Part shown: positions 40,070-53,295 of the stretch, in pieces
How the letters are laid out: every line of letters starts with the position of its first letter
Position numbering within the stretch: the first letter of the stretch is position 1
Source: Octopus sinensis
Taxonomy: Eukaryota
Direction of reading: 5' to 3'
Length of the DNA stretch: 64,000 nt
Assembly: GCF_006345805.1 (NCBI RefSeq)
Contig: NC_042997.1
Coordinates: 109,058,001 to 109,122,000, forward strand
Notes under the pieces: model-generated
What the model saw: the letters and a program-made list of their open reading frames with translations, nothing else
Databases searched by the model: none
Told to the model about the DNA's origin: nothing
Position numbers and translations under genes: made by a program

Positions 40070-40240
40070 AGACGATGGGCTTCCACAGTTTCCTTCTATC
40101 AAATGCACACATTCACTCACTAGGCATTGGTCAGCCCAGGCTATAGAAGAAAACACTTGCCCAAGGGGGTACCACAGAGTGGGACCGAATCAGAAGCCAC
40201 ATGGCAGCAAGCGAACTTAGCCACACAATCCCTTGCCTAA
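40070..40240 (-). mobile_element. SINE family B 5' part, degenerate
   Basis: ATTCACTCACTAGGCATTGGTCAGCCCAGGCTATAGAAGAAAACACTTGCCCAAG matches family B. Confidence 0.7.
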
Positions 40241-40384
40241 GGAACTTATCTAAAGAACATTCTGGCTTAACCCCTTTCAAACCAACCCTCACGAGACTGA
40301 CCATTGTCCTATGGTACAGACAGTCAGTTTTAAACTAATCTCAAACCCTTTCATCCAAATTCTTTGTTGATCATATTTCAAAGG

Positions 40385-40520
40385 CACAGACATGGCTGTG
40401 GGGTACCAGGTTCAGTTTCATTGTGCGGCACTTTGGGCAAGTATCTTCTAATGTAGCCTCACGCTGACCCAAGTCTTTTGAGTGGATTCGTTAGACGGAA
40501 ACTGTAAGAAGCCCTTTGTA
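40385..40520 (+). mobile_element. SINE family B 5' part, degenerate
   Basis: TTGGGCAAGTATCTTCTA..GAGTGGATTCGTTAGACGGAAACTGTAAGAAGCCC. Confidence 0.7.
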
Positions 40521-41805
40521 TAGACAGGATGGCCCAATAGTAGGTTTACAATTATTCAACTATCTCTTTCGCATTCATATATTAACAGTTTAGATCTTAA
40601 TTATGAAAAAAATATGTCAAACCATTATTCTCTGCTAATTCAGTTCATTTTTTCAGGGTCCCTTTTCAGTTTGTAAGATAGAAATTTAAATGTAATAAAA
40701 TGTTTTAAAAGAAATTTAAAGTGCCTACGCCATAACTGTAAACTTACTTTTGGGCCAGGCCTGGGCCTATACTGGCCGAGACATATCAAAGTTATATATA
40801 TATATATATATATATACATATATACACACACATATAAAAGTAGATAAATGGTCCAACAAGGCACCAATATTTAGTGGAAAATAGCAATCGATATAAATAC
40901 GATGCTTTTGTATAGCTTCACAGCGTATATACTAGCAAAGATGTGTGTGTGTGCAACAAATATGAAAAAAATTTGTCTTACTTCTGGGAAGAACATTCGA
41001 TAAATTGACAACCTATAATCGGATAATGTAGGACCGGTCTCTAACTCTTCAAATACGTTTGACAACGTAAATTTGATCAGTCTTCATCAAATATATATAT
41101 ATCTTTATACATATACATACACACATAGATACACAAGTACTGGTGTCGATACCTTCGACTAAAATTCTTCAAGGTGGTGCCCCAGCAAGGCTGCAGTGTA
41201 AGTAAAACGAAAAAGAAACGATGAAAGTTTAACTGTAGGCGAATAATAACAATTTCATTATGAAACAAGGGCAGTAAATTTCAACAGAAATATAGCTACA
41301 AAACGGTTTATCATCTGGTTTTTGTTTTTCTCTCAAAGTCTATCCAAGACTACATTATCTGAATGTGTTCTTCCTTTCTTTAAGGCTGTAGTCTGTGATT
41401 CAGGTATACTTGACACGCGAACGTAGGGGAACAGAGGACAAAGGCGACGTTGATAGAATTTGAAAATATATTTCTGTGGAAGTGGCGTTATGTTCATTCC
41501 ACTCATCATCCATTTTTTGCTGATGGGGGCACACGTGTCGAATCTATATTTTGAGGGCACACTGCGCAAAATTTAATCGTGCTCATTATTCTGTTGTGGT
41601 TGCCCTGTACCCAATCGGTTCTACCTCGATATCTAGCCGTGGTCTCACTATTTTACTCAATTCACTTGTCATCAACAAATTGCTGCTTATTTATATCAAT
41701 GATTCTGGAGAGGAAACCAAGTCAATTGATATTGGTTGTTATTAGAAATTCAAATGAAAAGGAACATAATTCAACACTTCAGACCATTTAAACCGGAAGT
41801 ATATT

Positions 41806-42340
41806 CTTTTCTGCTCTAGGCACAAGGCCCGACATTTTGGGGGATGGGGCCAGTTGTTTAGATAAACCCTAGTACACAACTGGTACTTAATTTATCGACC
41901 GCGAAAGGATGAAAGGCAAAGCCGGCTTCGGCGGAATTTGAACAAAGAACGTAAAGGCAGACAAAATACCTATTTCTTTACTACCCACAAGGGGCTAAAC
42001 ACAGAGGAGATAAACAAGGACAGACAAACGGATTAAGTCGATTATATCTACTCCAGTGCGTAAATGGTACTTTATTTATCGACCCCGAAACGATGAAAGG
42101 CAAAGTCGACCTCGGCAAAATTTGAACTCAGGACGTAACGACGGGTGAATACCTATTTCTTTACTACCCACAGGGGGCTAAACACAGAGAGGACAAACAA
42201 GGACAGACAAACGGATAAAGTCGATTATATCGACCCCAGTGCGTAACTGGTACTTATTTGAACTCAGAACGTAGCGGCAGACGAAATACCGCTAAGCATT
42301 TCGCCAGGCGTGCTAACGTTTCTGCCAGCTCGCCGCCTTA
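41806..42340 (-). mobile_element. SINE family C, trimeric body, bounded by one 16-bp TSD
   Basis: AATACC junctions at 42285, 42148 and 41965. TSD AAACCGGAA(G/C)TATATT at 41790-41805 and 42341-42356. Confidence 0.9.
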
Positions 42341-42699
42341 AAACCGGAACTATATTGAGTCTATTCCTCTCAGTTTGCCTTCATTTCCCGGTAGCAATGG
42401 AAATATTTCATACAGACTGTGCAGAATTTTACACGTTTTCCCCAAAATGACGAGTTCAATAAATAAAGATAATTTTCAATAAACTAGACAAGAAATCAAT
42501 CACCAAAATTTACCGATGATATTGATTAGAGTTGAGAACAACACGATAAAGTTTAAAGTGGCATCGGAAAGAAAAGTGGTGGATCTTTTAAATTTTTACA
42601 GTTGGCTATTTAGATTTCTTTCTTTTTTATTTATTTATTTCTTTATTTCTTTCTTTCTTTATTTATTTATTTATTCATTTATTTATTGTTAGTTTTGTG

Positions 42700-43260
42700 T
42701 TCAAATCCCGCCGACCTCAATTTTCCTTTTTATTACCCTCCAAGATTGATTATAGAAATTATCAATCAAATACTGGGGCTGATGGTATCGATTAACCCCA
42801 CCCTTTAAAATTGTTGACCTTGTACCCAAATTAAAAATCGTTATCTGTTGATTTAAAGGTTTTCTATTGGGCGAATCGGCAGAGCATCGGATAAAATGCC
42901 TTTCGGCATTTGTTCCACTTGTCTACATTCTGAGTTCAAACCTCATCGAGTCAAGCTTTAATTTTTTATCTTTTGAAGAGTGATGAGGTAAATATTGGTC
43001 AAGCACTCGGTCGGGTAAAATCGATTAGCCCCTCCCTTCAAAACTGCTAGCATTGGACCTAAAACAGAAATCATTAACTGGAAGTTTAAGAATTGTTTAT
43101 GGATATCAGAATCTATAGAATGCCAGCATTTAGGTGTTTCCTGTCTGAGTTCAAATATCATCTGGGTTGATTTTCTCTTCCAATCTCCCGGGGTCCATGA
43201 AAATGGCACCACTCAAATACCGTTCCCTTGTGCAGAAAAATGGGTGGCTATCACCTCTTA
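42700..43260 (+). mobile_element. cluster of 2-3 old, degenerate SINE family C-like copies
   Basis: Repeated TTCTGAGTTCAAA..GTC(G/A)A..TT..TTTT motifs near 42705, 42928 and 43145, each followed by family C-like tails. Confidence 0.55.
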
Positions 43261-44198
43261 AGTTAGAAATTGTTATAGGTCAGTTCTGTGGCCAGGTGAA
43301 TGATTCAAACCCTATGAAATGCCGGACCAAATGTCTTACCGGACAAAATGTCTTGTGGTATTTCGTTACATTTATTTTGTTCCAATATCAGTTTCTGTTT
43401 CAGACAGATTCGATAAACAAAACAAACGGCGAAGTATTGGAATGTTACAATCGACTGAAACCCACCCCACCCCCTCCTTTGTCTCGTTCCTTATTCCTGG
43501 AATTATTGGCATTGGTGCCACGGACGGAAATTATTAGGGTGTGTAAGGTTTTTCAGGTCAGTGAATTTGGGGTCGGGGTAGAGAAGATATTTGGAAGTTG
43601 GTCTGATTAATGTTCAATGTGAATTAGAACATGGCGTTCTTTGAATGGAAACATGAGAGAGAAATATGGAATTCCTGAGAGAATTTGTTCTAAAAGACAG
43701 AACAGAATATTTCGTTTGAGGTTGGGGAATGGGATATATTGGTGTGAGGAAGGAAGGGTTTAGGTGATGGCAGTGGCGGATGAAATAATGTGTCAGAGTT
43801 CAGTGGAGCAAGGAAGGTGTGTTTGTTTATTTATTGTTTCGGTAAAGGAAATGAAATTCAACACGGTTCGCAGTCTCGAAATGTAACCAAAGTGTGAGGA
43901 AGTAAAGAATTTGGGTACACAGACTGACAACTTTATTTGCATGAGTGTGTGTGTATCGTTATGATATGTTGTATGCGCCTGAAGAATATGTTTGAGTTTT
44001 TTCAACATATGAAACAATTAGTAGCGCTTTAATATGTATTGTGACCTTTTGATAAATACCTACATTATATATGTGTGTGTGTATGTGTGCGTGTGTGTGT
44101 TTGTGTGTATGTATGTAAGTATGTATGTGTGTATGTATGCATGCGTATCTATCTATTGATATATGTATACATACACAAACATATATATATATGTATAT

Positions 44199-44246
<48 letters not shown>

Positions 44247-44429
44247 GTTACACACATACAAAAATGTATACCTAAATTTGTGTGTGATTATACATTATAT
44301 ATATATATATATATATATTATTTATATGTGTGTGCGTGCATATATATGTATGTGTGCGTGTGAATCATTAAGAGCGAACCATGAAAAGTGTTTAAAAATG
44401 TTTTTTCTCAATGGATTTAAAATAAATAT

Positions 44430-44780
44430 TTTACGTCTTTAATTCGTTGGACTGCGGCCATGCTGTAGCACTGCCTTGGGCAGTTTTATTCAAATAAACG
44501 GATCCCAGTGCTTAATTCTGGTACTTATTCTCTCTATTTTTTGCCGAACAGCTATGTCACTGGGACATCAACAAACCAACGCCAGTTGTTAAACAGTGAT
44601 GGTGACACGAAGTAGAGACACAAAGACACACACACCGTTTCCGCCTGCCAAATTGAACTCATACGACCCGGTGCATATCCTAGAACACACTTACCCAAAG
44701 TACCGCACGGTGGAACTGAACCCGAATGCATGTGGTTGCGAAGAGAATTTCTTCAGCACATAGCCATGCCTACGCTTCTG
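44430..44780 (-). mobile_element. degenerate SINE family B
   Basis: Tail GACTGCGGCCATGCTG at 44451 and head remnants AACTGAACCCGAATGCATGTGGTT. Confidence 0.6.
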
Positions 44781-45499
44781 TTTAGTAACTTGTGGTGAGG
44801 CCTTGTAATGGTTGTTGCAAGATCTCCATTTTTCAGTACAAACCTGTAAAAGAATAGAGCATCCCTTCCTCCGAATTATAACAAGATTATTGCTAAAACC
44901 CGAATAGAAACGACCAGCTGATATGTAAATCATTTCGTTGTTGTGTAAATATCACAGCATGTCGGCCATGAAAGCGTTTACCGTCTTGAATAGGTGGAAC
45001 ATGTCTCAAGTTTTAATGGAATTAGTTTCCAAGAAAGATTCCAAAATACTCCGTGTTTATATTTGAACATTTCTCGTGTGGTTTGGTAGATAATTGTTAA
45101 TTAGCGAGACACTGATAATCAATAAGATAGTAATTATAAATATAATACGCATAACTAGGCATTGAGTAATTGTCGGCATGCCATTAATAGAGGCGACAGT
45201 ACTAAATAATGGAAGACTTAATCCATGATTCATGTGCGTCTAATGTGGACTTGACGACTAATTTCCTAAAAAATAAACTGTCAGTTATATTGCATATATA
45301 CATCCGCAAATTATACACGCGAATAAGCATAGAGAATGTAAGACGTGAATGGAGGTTTTTAAAGCGGTCATTGAAAAAAAAAGAAAGAAAAAGGTTAACC
45401 GAATGAAAAATGAATGAATGAGCGAAGTGGCTTTTGATGTTGTAGCAACTGCAAGATGGCTGGCTATGATATACATACATACATACATACATACATACA

Positions 45500-45545
<46 letters not shown>

Positions 45546-45789
45546 CATACATGCATACATACACATGCCCAAACGCACAGACACACGCACACACACGAGC
45601 ACGCACGCACGCACACACACACACACAAAAGCACACATACACATACACACATACGCGCAAATAAACACATTTCCCATCACATAAGCTCATATATTTATAC
45701 AACCGTACCCGAACACACACGGATACACAAAGATACTCAAATACACTCAGAGACACGAGCACAAACGCGGTCCACATATATATATATAC

Positions 45790-45829
<40 letters not shown>

Positions 45830-46446
45830 TTACACGTACAAAAATAACATGCATACTGACACATACAGACGCAGATAGTCACACGTACACATGCATATGC
45901 ACAAACGCAATGAGACATGCACCAATGCATGCGTTCATACGCACACGCACACATTTAAACAAAGAGGTGCATTCATACATACATACGTTCATGCAAGCAC
46001 AGACACATACACAGAAATACACACAAAGCACGCTCACACACACTCATACACACACGCACTCACACACACACATACTCACTTCCTCTCTCTTTCTCACACA
46101 CACACACACACACATACACACACGCACGCACACAAAGAAAACGAAAGGAAAGAGGCATTCCTTTGGTTCAAGTGGCTCCATGTTATGATTCCATCGTCCA
46201 AAAATTGCCAGAAAATTCCAAGAGAGTTTTTTTTTCAGGATCAACCCCCTCCCCCTCCAACCGACCGTTTTTGTCCCAATATCTTTATCCGGCACAGCAT
46301 AGTTTACAGGCTGGAATGTCTTTGATCAAAGGTCGGCTGGAACAGTGCTGACCCGGGGCTAAACACCCCCACCACCACCACAACCATAAACAAGAACAAT
46401 AAGAACCATACCTACGACCGAACTATGACTGTATCAGGAAACCCTC

Positions 46447-46546
46447 NNNNNNNNNNNNNNNNNNNNNNNNNNNNNNNNNNNNNNNNNNNNNNNNNNNNNN
46501 NNNNNNNNNNNNNNNNNNNNNNNNNNNNNNNNNNNNNNNNNNNNNN
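46447..46546. other. assembly gap (100 N)
   Basis: Read directly. Confidence 0.99.
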
Positions 46547-47360
46547 CCTGTCAAAAGCTTTTGCAAAATCAAGGTATATTACATCCACATTTGATTTGTT
46601 GAGTAACTGCTTCAACACCCAGTCATAATGTTGTAAGAGCTGGGTCAGGCAGCTCCTACCTGGTCGAAAACCATGTTGGGTATCACTTAGCAAGTTATTT
46701 TTTTCAAGGAATACGATTAGTTTCCCTCTGACTATCCGTTCCATGACTTTGCTGATGTGTGAAGTCAGAGAGATAGGCCTATAGTTTTTGGCATCTGCTC
46801 TACTTCCCCCTTTATGTATTGGGAATATTATTCCGTCCTTCAGCTTGCTTGGCAGTTTGCCATTTGTAAGAAAGGTCTGGAAGAGAATCTTGAGGGGTTT
46901 TGCTAGGGCATGTTTACACGATTTGTGAAGGATTGCTGGGAAACCATCAGGACCAGCAGTTGAGTTTGTGTCCACTTCATCTATGGCTAGTAGTACATCT
47001 TCTTCGCTAATGTCAATGTATTCTATTGTAACTGCCTCGCTAGTTATGGGTGAGGCGGCAAAGAAGTCCACTGGTTCGTTCACTTGTCTGTGTTCCAACG
47101 AGGTGGTAAAGACACTTTTGAACTGGTCATTCAGTATCTCACTGATCTTAGTTGGACTGTCTATGAGGGACCCATCCTTTGGAGGAGGGGTCTTATCTTG
47201 TAGTGCACTGAGGCTATATCTTTCGCGTTATGAAAGAAGGCCTTTCGGTTTGACTTAACGTTTTTTATAACCCAGGCTTCTTTGTCTGCTTTCTCCCTCA
47301 CATAGGATTGTTGCACCTTTTTTCACCTCCATCAGTGTTGTTTTTAGGCCGGACGCTTCG
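46547..47360 (-). mobile_element. second CR1-group LINE copy (APE-RT linker and RT N-terminus), cut by the gap
   Basis: STAGPDGFP, NYRPISLTS and IYLDFAKAFD. About 95% identical by eye to 36340-36620. Confidence 0.9.
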
Positions 47361-47369
47361 CTGCTTTTA

Positions 47370-47419
<50 letters not shown>

Positions 47420-47555
47420 TACGGGCTTCTTTCAATGTCCGTCTACCAAATCCACCCACAAGGCTTTGGTCGGCCCGAGGCTATAGTAGAAGACACTTGC
47501 CCAAGTTGCCACGCAGTGGGATTGAACACGGAACCATGTGGATGGTAAGCAAAAT
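47420..47555 (-). mobile_element. SINE family B 5' part
   Basis: GGCTTTGGTCGGCCCGAGGCTATAGTAGAAGACACTTGCCCAAG. Confidence 0.8.
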
Positions 47556-47559
47556 ACTT

Positions 47560-48170
47560 TATTTCAAAACATTTTACCATAAACGCCACCCAGACCCCGG
47601 CGGATAGTGTCCTCTATCCACTCGGGCTCTATTCCGGATGGCAGCCCACACACCCAAGCTCTTGTCAATTTCCTCCTACTATATGTGACTAAAAACATAC
47701 TTTTCTCCCCTTCCAGGGCCTGGCTTGCAAAAGTGTGATCTTCCACAGGAGTATCAAATAGCAACCACACTGATGCATATTTGACACCCCTTGCAATAAA
47801 CTTGATGGTTGACAGGTATTCTGCCAACTCCTTCTCAATATCTACTTGAGAGAACACAGTGATGGTGTCGAGGGACTTGGAATATGTCCCCAACACCACC
47901 GTTCTATCATTAAGGTCCTTTACCCACTTCTTGGGGGTACACTTTCCCACTCCAAGACAGTGTTTTTATTTTTGTTGCCATGCTTGCAAAAGAAAAATAA
48001 AGAAAAACGTTCAGCACAAAATCCAAAATGTTCAAAATAAAATGTCCAATAAAAACAAATAAAAAGAACAGAAAGAGAGAGCAGAGAAAAAGAACGAAGG
48101 AAGGCAGTTCAATTCAAGGCAACATAAGTCCGCCACTTAAGTAATCCACAAGAATACTGGTACTCCAGTT
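47560..48170 (-). mobile_element. 5' end of a non-LTR retrotransposon (probably Tx1/L1): 5' UTR plus gag-like ORF1 N-terminus
   Basis: ORF 47564-47950 has protein-like composition and RAWVCGLPSGIEPEWIEDTI, an RRM-like GLP..I..E.I motif seen in ORF1 proteins. Interrupted by a SINE. Clade is tentative. Confidence 0.5.
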
Positions 48171-48674
48171 CACCGTCGCAGCACGCAAAAATTCCTCCAC
48201 GAATTCATAAATTTTCCAAATTTTGGTATCGAGACATGCCCACCAAAACAACAATTCTCATTGCTAAGTGACTCACTTCTTTTCAATCAGATACTTACAT
48301 ACTATTATTCTTTATCGAGTGAGAAAACGATATGGACGATTGTTTTGGTGTCTCGCAATGCCATATACGCCTATGAGGAGTCACTTTCCCAATGAAACTC
48401 GGTTTTTTCCCAAACTTTTTCTCAAACCTGCTATAATGTGATACATGTCCTTGGTGTGGTAATTGTACGTGGCTGAAGAAGGCTTTTGACCTACCTGTTA
48501 TATCAATTATGCATTGATATAAGTTGTTCAGTAAAGCCCGAAACATATGTAACGCAGAATCCTTTGCATCCTGTTTTTCTTTTGATACATATATCCTATC
48601 ACCTATACCACTAGCTGGCATATACAGGTGCTTTTGTATACACACACACAAACACACACACACATATATATATA

Positions 48675-49234
48675 TAATTTCCTCGACATCCAAAAATGCT
48701 GCGCTTAGTGGGCAGGTGCGCTGTCAGCTCAATGCAGTTTTGGTACGAACTTAGCACACACGCGTCTCATACCCAAAATCCTCAGTGACAATGGACTGAA
48801 CTTAACCATAACTAATCTGCACAACTTCTGATAACTCGCGGATGGCGATTCAACGATTTCTTCTTACAGCTTCACGCACATCTGCGATGTTTCTCTCTGT
48901 TGGTTGAGGGTCTCCATGAACGTTCATCACTATCAACATATTTCGGCTCTTTCTCTCCTCTCCATACACTTTCTACAAATTTGCGTAGGCCTCTGAGCAG
49001 GTATCACCAAGCCTTTGGCAAAATTTGATGCAGATTCTTGTTCAATGCGACGATCACATGCTACACACGTTTCTTCCAAGCACTGCTGTAAACAACAGAA
49101 GTGAGCTGGAACGTTTAACCTTAGTGTGCATACACAACAGAGTTTAAGGTGAATCTGTGCTAAACGGCTTCCCTCTGCGTGCTTTAGTTTCGTTACTAAT
49201 TGCAACAGTCCGGATACTTATTGATAAGACCACA
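48675..49234 (-). mobile_element. second copy of the internally deleted mariner (one TIR retained)
   Basis: Collinear with 19477-20029; ends CAGTCCGGATACTTATTGATAAGACCACA+TA. Confidence 0.88.
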
Positions 49235-49451
49235 TATATCTATATTTGTATTCATGTACTCTCATACTGATTGACATGTGGGCATGCACATGCATACTTG
49301 CCCCATGTAGCCAAGGAATCCCACATGTTGAAATACATAGATTTTAAACGAATCCTACAACTTGATATATACACACAAACATCACACACATATATATATA
49401 TTAATAAATAAATATATATGGATATATATATATATATATATAATATATATA

Positions 49452-49493
<42 letters not shown>

Positions 49494-50515
49494 GTGGAGA
49501 TTTATTCCATCCAAGACTTTTTTTTATTAAACTGTTTTCTTACAGAAGAGTATAACAATGACCAACATATATTTCTACTGCAGTAACTGACATTACGCTG
49601 TATGCATTAATGCATCCTAATTGCGCATTGATTTGTCAGTGGGCAGGTTAGCTTAATGGTAAAGTACTTGGCCGGAGTCTTGAAGGGATGTGGGTTCAAG
49701 ATCCATGGCCAGTTATTGGCAAATTCTTTACGCTTTGTAAGGATAATTTACCTAATATTTCTGCTGTACTAACAGCGTTTCTGCGTCCGAAAATAAATTA
49801 TCATTGCACCCCCCCCCCACACTCGCAACACACAACACACACACACACCACACCACACACACACACACACATACACGTAATATATATATAATATAATATA
49901 TATATTATATATATATATATATATATACATAAGTGTGTGTGTCTTATATGAAAATAAATTATCATCTTATCTGTATATACATAAGTCAACGTGTCTTACA
50001 TGAAAGAATGAGTCCAACAAAATGGATATTACTTCATCCAACTACACATATCGAATTCTGTGTTTACGCGCGCGCGCGCAGGCACGCGCGTACAAGTGTG
50101 CGTGTGGGAGTTTGTCTGCGCTGTAATGAATGCTTCAAAGAAAATGGCGTTCATGTGTTAAAAAGAACATGAGAAATATTCTACTTTCTGTATGAAATGC
50201 AAAAAAATAGTTCTTGAGTGATATGTGTGGAAATCTTCCTCTCTCTCGCTCTCTCTCTCCCTCTCTCTCTCTTCTCTCTCTGTCTATCTACCTGTCTACC
50301 GCTCTGTCTGTTTGGCTGTCTGCTCATCTCCCTGTCTGAGTGTCTGCCTACCTGTCTGTCTGTGTTTGTCTGTTGATCTGGCTGACTCTCTATTTACATC
50401 CTATGAAACAATCTATAAACTTACCTCTTTCCCTTTCTCTCTCTGTACCTCTCACTCTCTTTCTCTCACTCTGTCTCTCTTTCACTTCCTTCCTTTCTTT
50501 GTATATATATGCAAG

Positions 50516-52990
50516 TCGTTAGCCTGGAAAGATATCTTGTTTAAGAAAGAGCAAACTCTGACTTCAACCCTCGTTAGCCTGGAAAGATATCTTGTTTAAG
50601 AAAGAGCAAACTCTGACTTGAACCCTCCAATTCCTTGCGACAATGTCCACCCGTGGAATAGTTTCCAGGAGTAAAGCCTGAGCAAAAACCTATACTGGTA
50701 TCCGTAAGGCATTCCAACGTTGTTTTCATTATTGTTGTACTAACTCCTACAACAACACAGATGTCACTCTCAAATTGGCCTCGCCAATCAGTGGCCTGAT
50801 ATGAGGGAGATCTGCGGCATGGGTAACAGCTGGCGAAGATAACACTAAACCTGCTCAGGTCTGTGCCCGGAAGAAATGACACAAAACGAAATGCAACGGT
50901 TTACCGATCAAATACTTTTACTTAAAAAGGAGATTCGTGTCACACTGGACAAACAACTCCCACTTCAAGCTGGGCAAATCACATACAGCTAGGTGGCGTC
51001 ACACCACAGGCCGCCTGCCTCCCTGGATACAGTGATTTTAGGGATACATCTAACCCGAAACTTGAATGGTATACACTGCCTCAAGCGCGACAAGAAGGCA
51101 AAAGACGAAGCCGTCACTCAGGTTAGAATGTTGGCACGTACAGACCATGATAATCGAACTATCAGATAATCTCCTGGTTATTAGTGAAACCTAAAAAACT
51201 CAACGGATTAACAAAGAACAGCAAAAATTTCAAGTGGGCGAGAAGTACTGCACCTTTTTCCGGTATAGAAAATACTTAGGCTTGACTAGTGAGTGAGATT
51301 TTGGCCATGAGAGACTCACTATTAAACATGGTGGAGCCCAGCGAAAGAGGGAATAAACGAATTTTCTCACTTTGACTACATACGTCTGGTTAGTGTATCA
51401 ACCGCTGTTAGCGTCCATACCCTGACCATTTACACTTCATAAAATGCAATGAACGAATTCTATGACCAACTCTCAAGGAAAATTCCAGAGATTCCAATTC
51501 AAGAACAACACCTGCCGTCTGGTGACTTCAGCGCCAGAATGGATGCTGACCATGGCTCCTGACCAAACTTCCCAGGAGTGGCATGGGACCGAAAGTATAA
51601 ATGACAAGAAACAACGATTTCTTGACTTAAGCACACTCTATAGCTTGTGTCACCAAAATTTACTTCTAAAATATATTTCAGCACAAAGTGTCTTTGACAT
51701 TGGACAGACCCATACTCCATACTCTGGCACCAAGTTGACCTAATAATTACAAGACTCTGCCACTTGACGAATGTGCTCATACCTCAATTCTTTGAGAATG
51801 ACAACTGTGACAAAGATCCTTCTTTCAGACTCACAGGACGGAAATGTACAGTTGAGATAGGATTGGTTTAGGGATACCATCCACGGCATTGAATTGAATG
51901 ACTTTGGTATGTAAACGGCACAAGGCACAGGATCGGATTCAAGCAATTCCAGGAAACTCCATTGCTCTCATCGACATAAAATTTTACTGAATTCCTGGAA
52001 AATAAACTCTGCTCTATACAGGCATCTTTCTAAGTATTAACTACAATAAAGTGCAAGGCCAATATAACAAGGAAACGTTATGCAAATGACTACCGGTTAC
52101 TGTTTTGCAAAAGTATTCAAGCATCATTTGATACAGGTGACATCCGTGGTTTGTTCATCGGATGAAGCATGAGCAACACAGAACCATCGAATTCTGTAAC
52201 ATATGAAAGCATGAAAGGCAAATCAGACAGATGGAAAGAGGGTTAGCAAATTCCTTCAATATCTCGAACAGTGTCTTAGACATCGTGGAAGGCATGCCGA
52301 TGATGGGGAAACAACTGAGTAAAGCAATTGATGGTATTTCCACTGACATGGCACCGGGATTGGATGGCATTCCACCATGTAACATCAAGTGTGCAAAGAG
52401 TATCGTATTGTGCCACCTACATAAACTACTGTGCCGTTGATGGAAGAAGGAATCAGATATGACAGACTACAATTTTGTAATCTTGAACGGGAACGAAGGG
52501 AGATGGAAACGATTGCAACAACTGCTGAGCAATCGTCATCTTGGCGGGCACTGTTGGAAAGGCGTTCACTCAAGTGGTTCTAAACAAAGTGCAGAAAATC
52601 GCCGAAAGGTTATACACCGAGTCTTATTTCGGTTTCATGCCATTACACTGCACAATTGACATTATCTTCCTTCAATAACTAAATGAAAAATAGAAAGCGA
52701 AGACAATCCTTTTACATCACATTCATTCAACTCATGAAGGCTTTCAATGATGGGAATAGCGATGGTTTGTTCAAAATATTGCTGAGGCTGGGTGCCTTTC
52801 AACGGTTGGCACCAAACCTACTGACATGACAATCGTCATTCACTTTGATCGCGTTTCCTCGGAATCCTTCAGCGTTCGAAGCGGATTGAACGAAAACTGT
52901 GTGTTCTTCACCTTTCTGTTAATGAGCCTTCTTTATTATTATGCTAGAGCACACCTTTGGAACAGCAACTGATAGCTTAACTTAGCACAT
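50516..52990 (+). mobile_element. old RTE (BovB-like) LINE: 5' region, APE and RT N-terminal half, degenerate
   Basis: APE remnants near 51400-51850 and RT remnants APGLDGIPP..IVLCHLHKLLCR with downstream motifs to ~52980. A 55-bp tandem duplication lies at 50516-50625. Confidence 0.7.
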
Positions 52991-53156
52991 GATCAAACGG
53001 GAAATTGCTCAATCTGTCTCGACTGAGCGCGAAAACTATATTCACCATGTGTGTGTGTGTGTGTTCGTGTGTCTCTCTGTGTGCGTGCGTATATCTGTGT
53101 GTATGTATGTAAGTATATATGTGTATATGTGTGTGTGTGTGAGTGTGTGTGAGAGA

Positions 53157-53194
<38 letters not shown>

Positions 53195-53263
53195 GTATGA
53201 TTGAATAAGCCGTCAGGCGAAACAGAGTCCATGTCAAAATAAAACTCATGTTTTTTAACGCCT

Positions 53264-53295
<32 letters not shown>

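Noticed and set aside
43322-43353. CCGGAC(C/A)AAATGTCTT direct repeat x2
   Set aside because: Could be a transposon subterminal motif, but I found no TIR or partner end.
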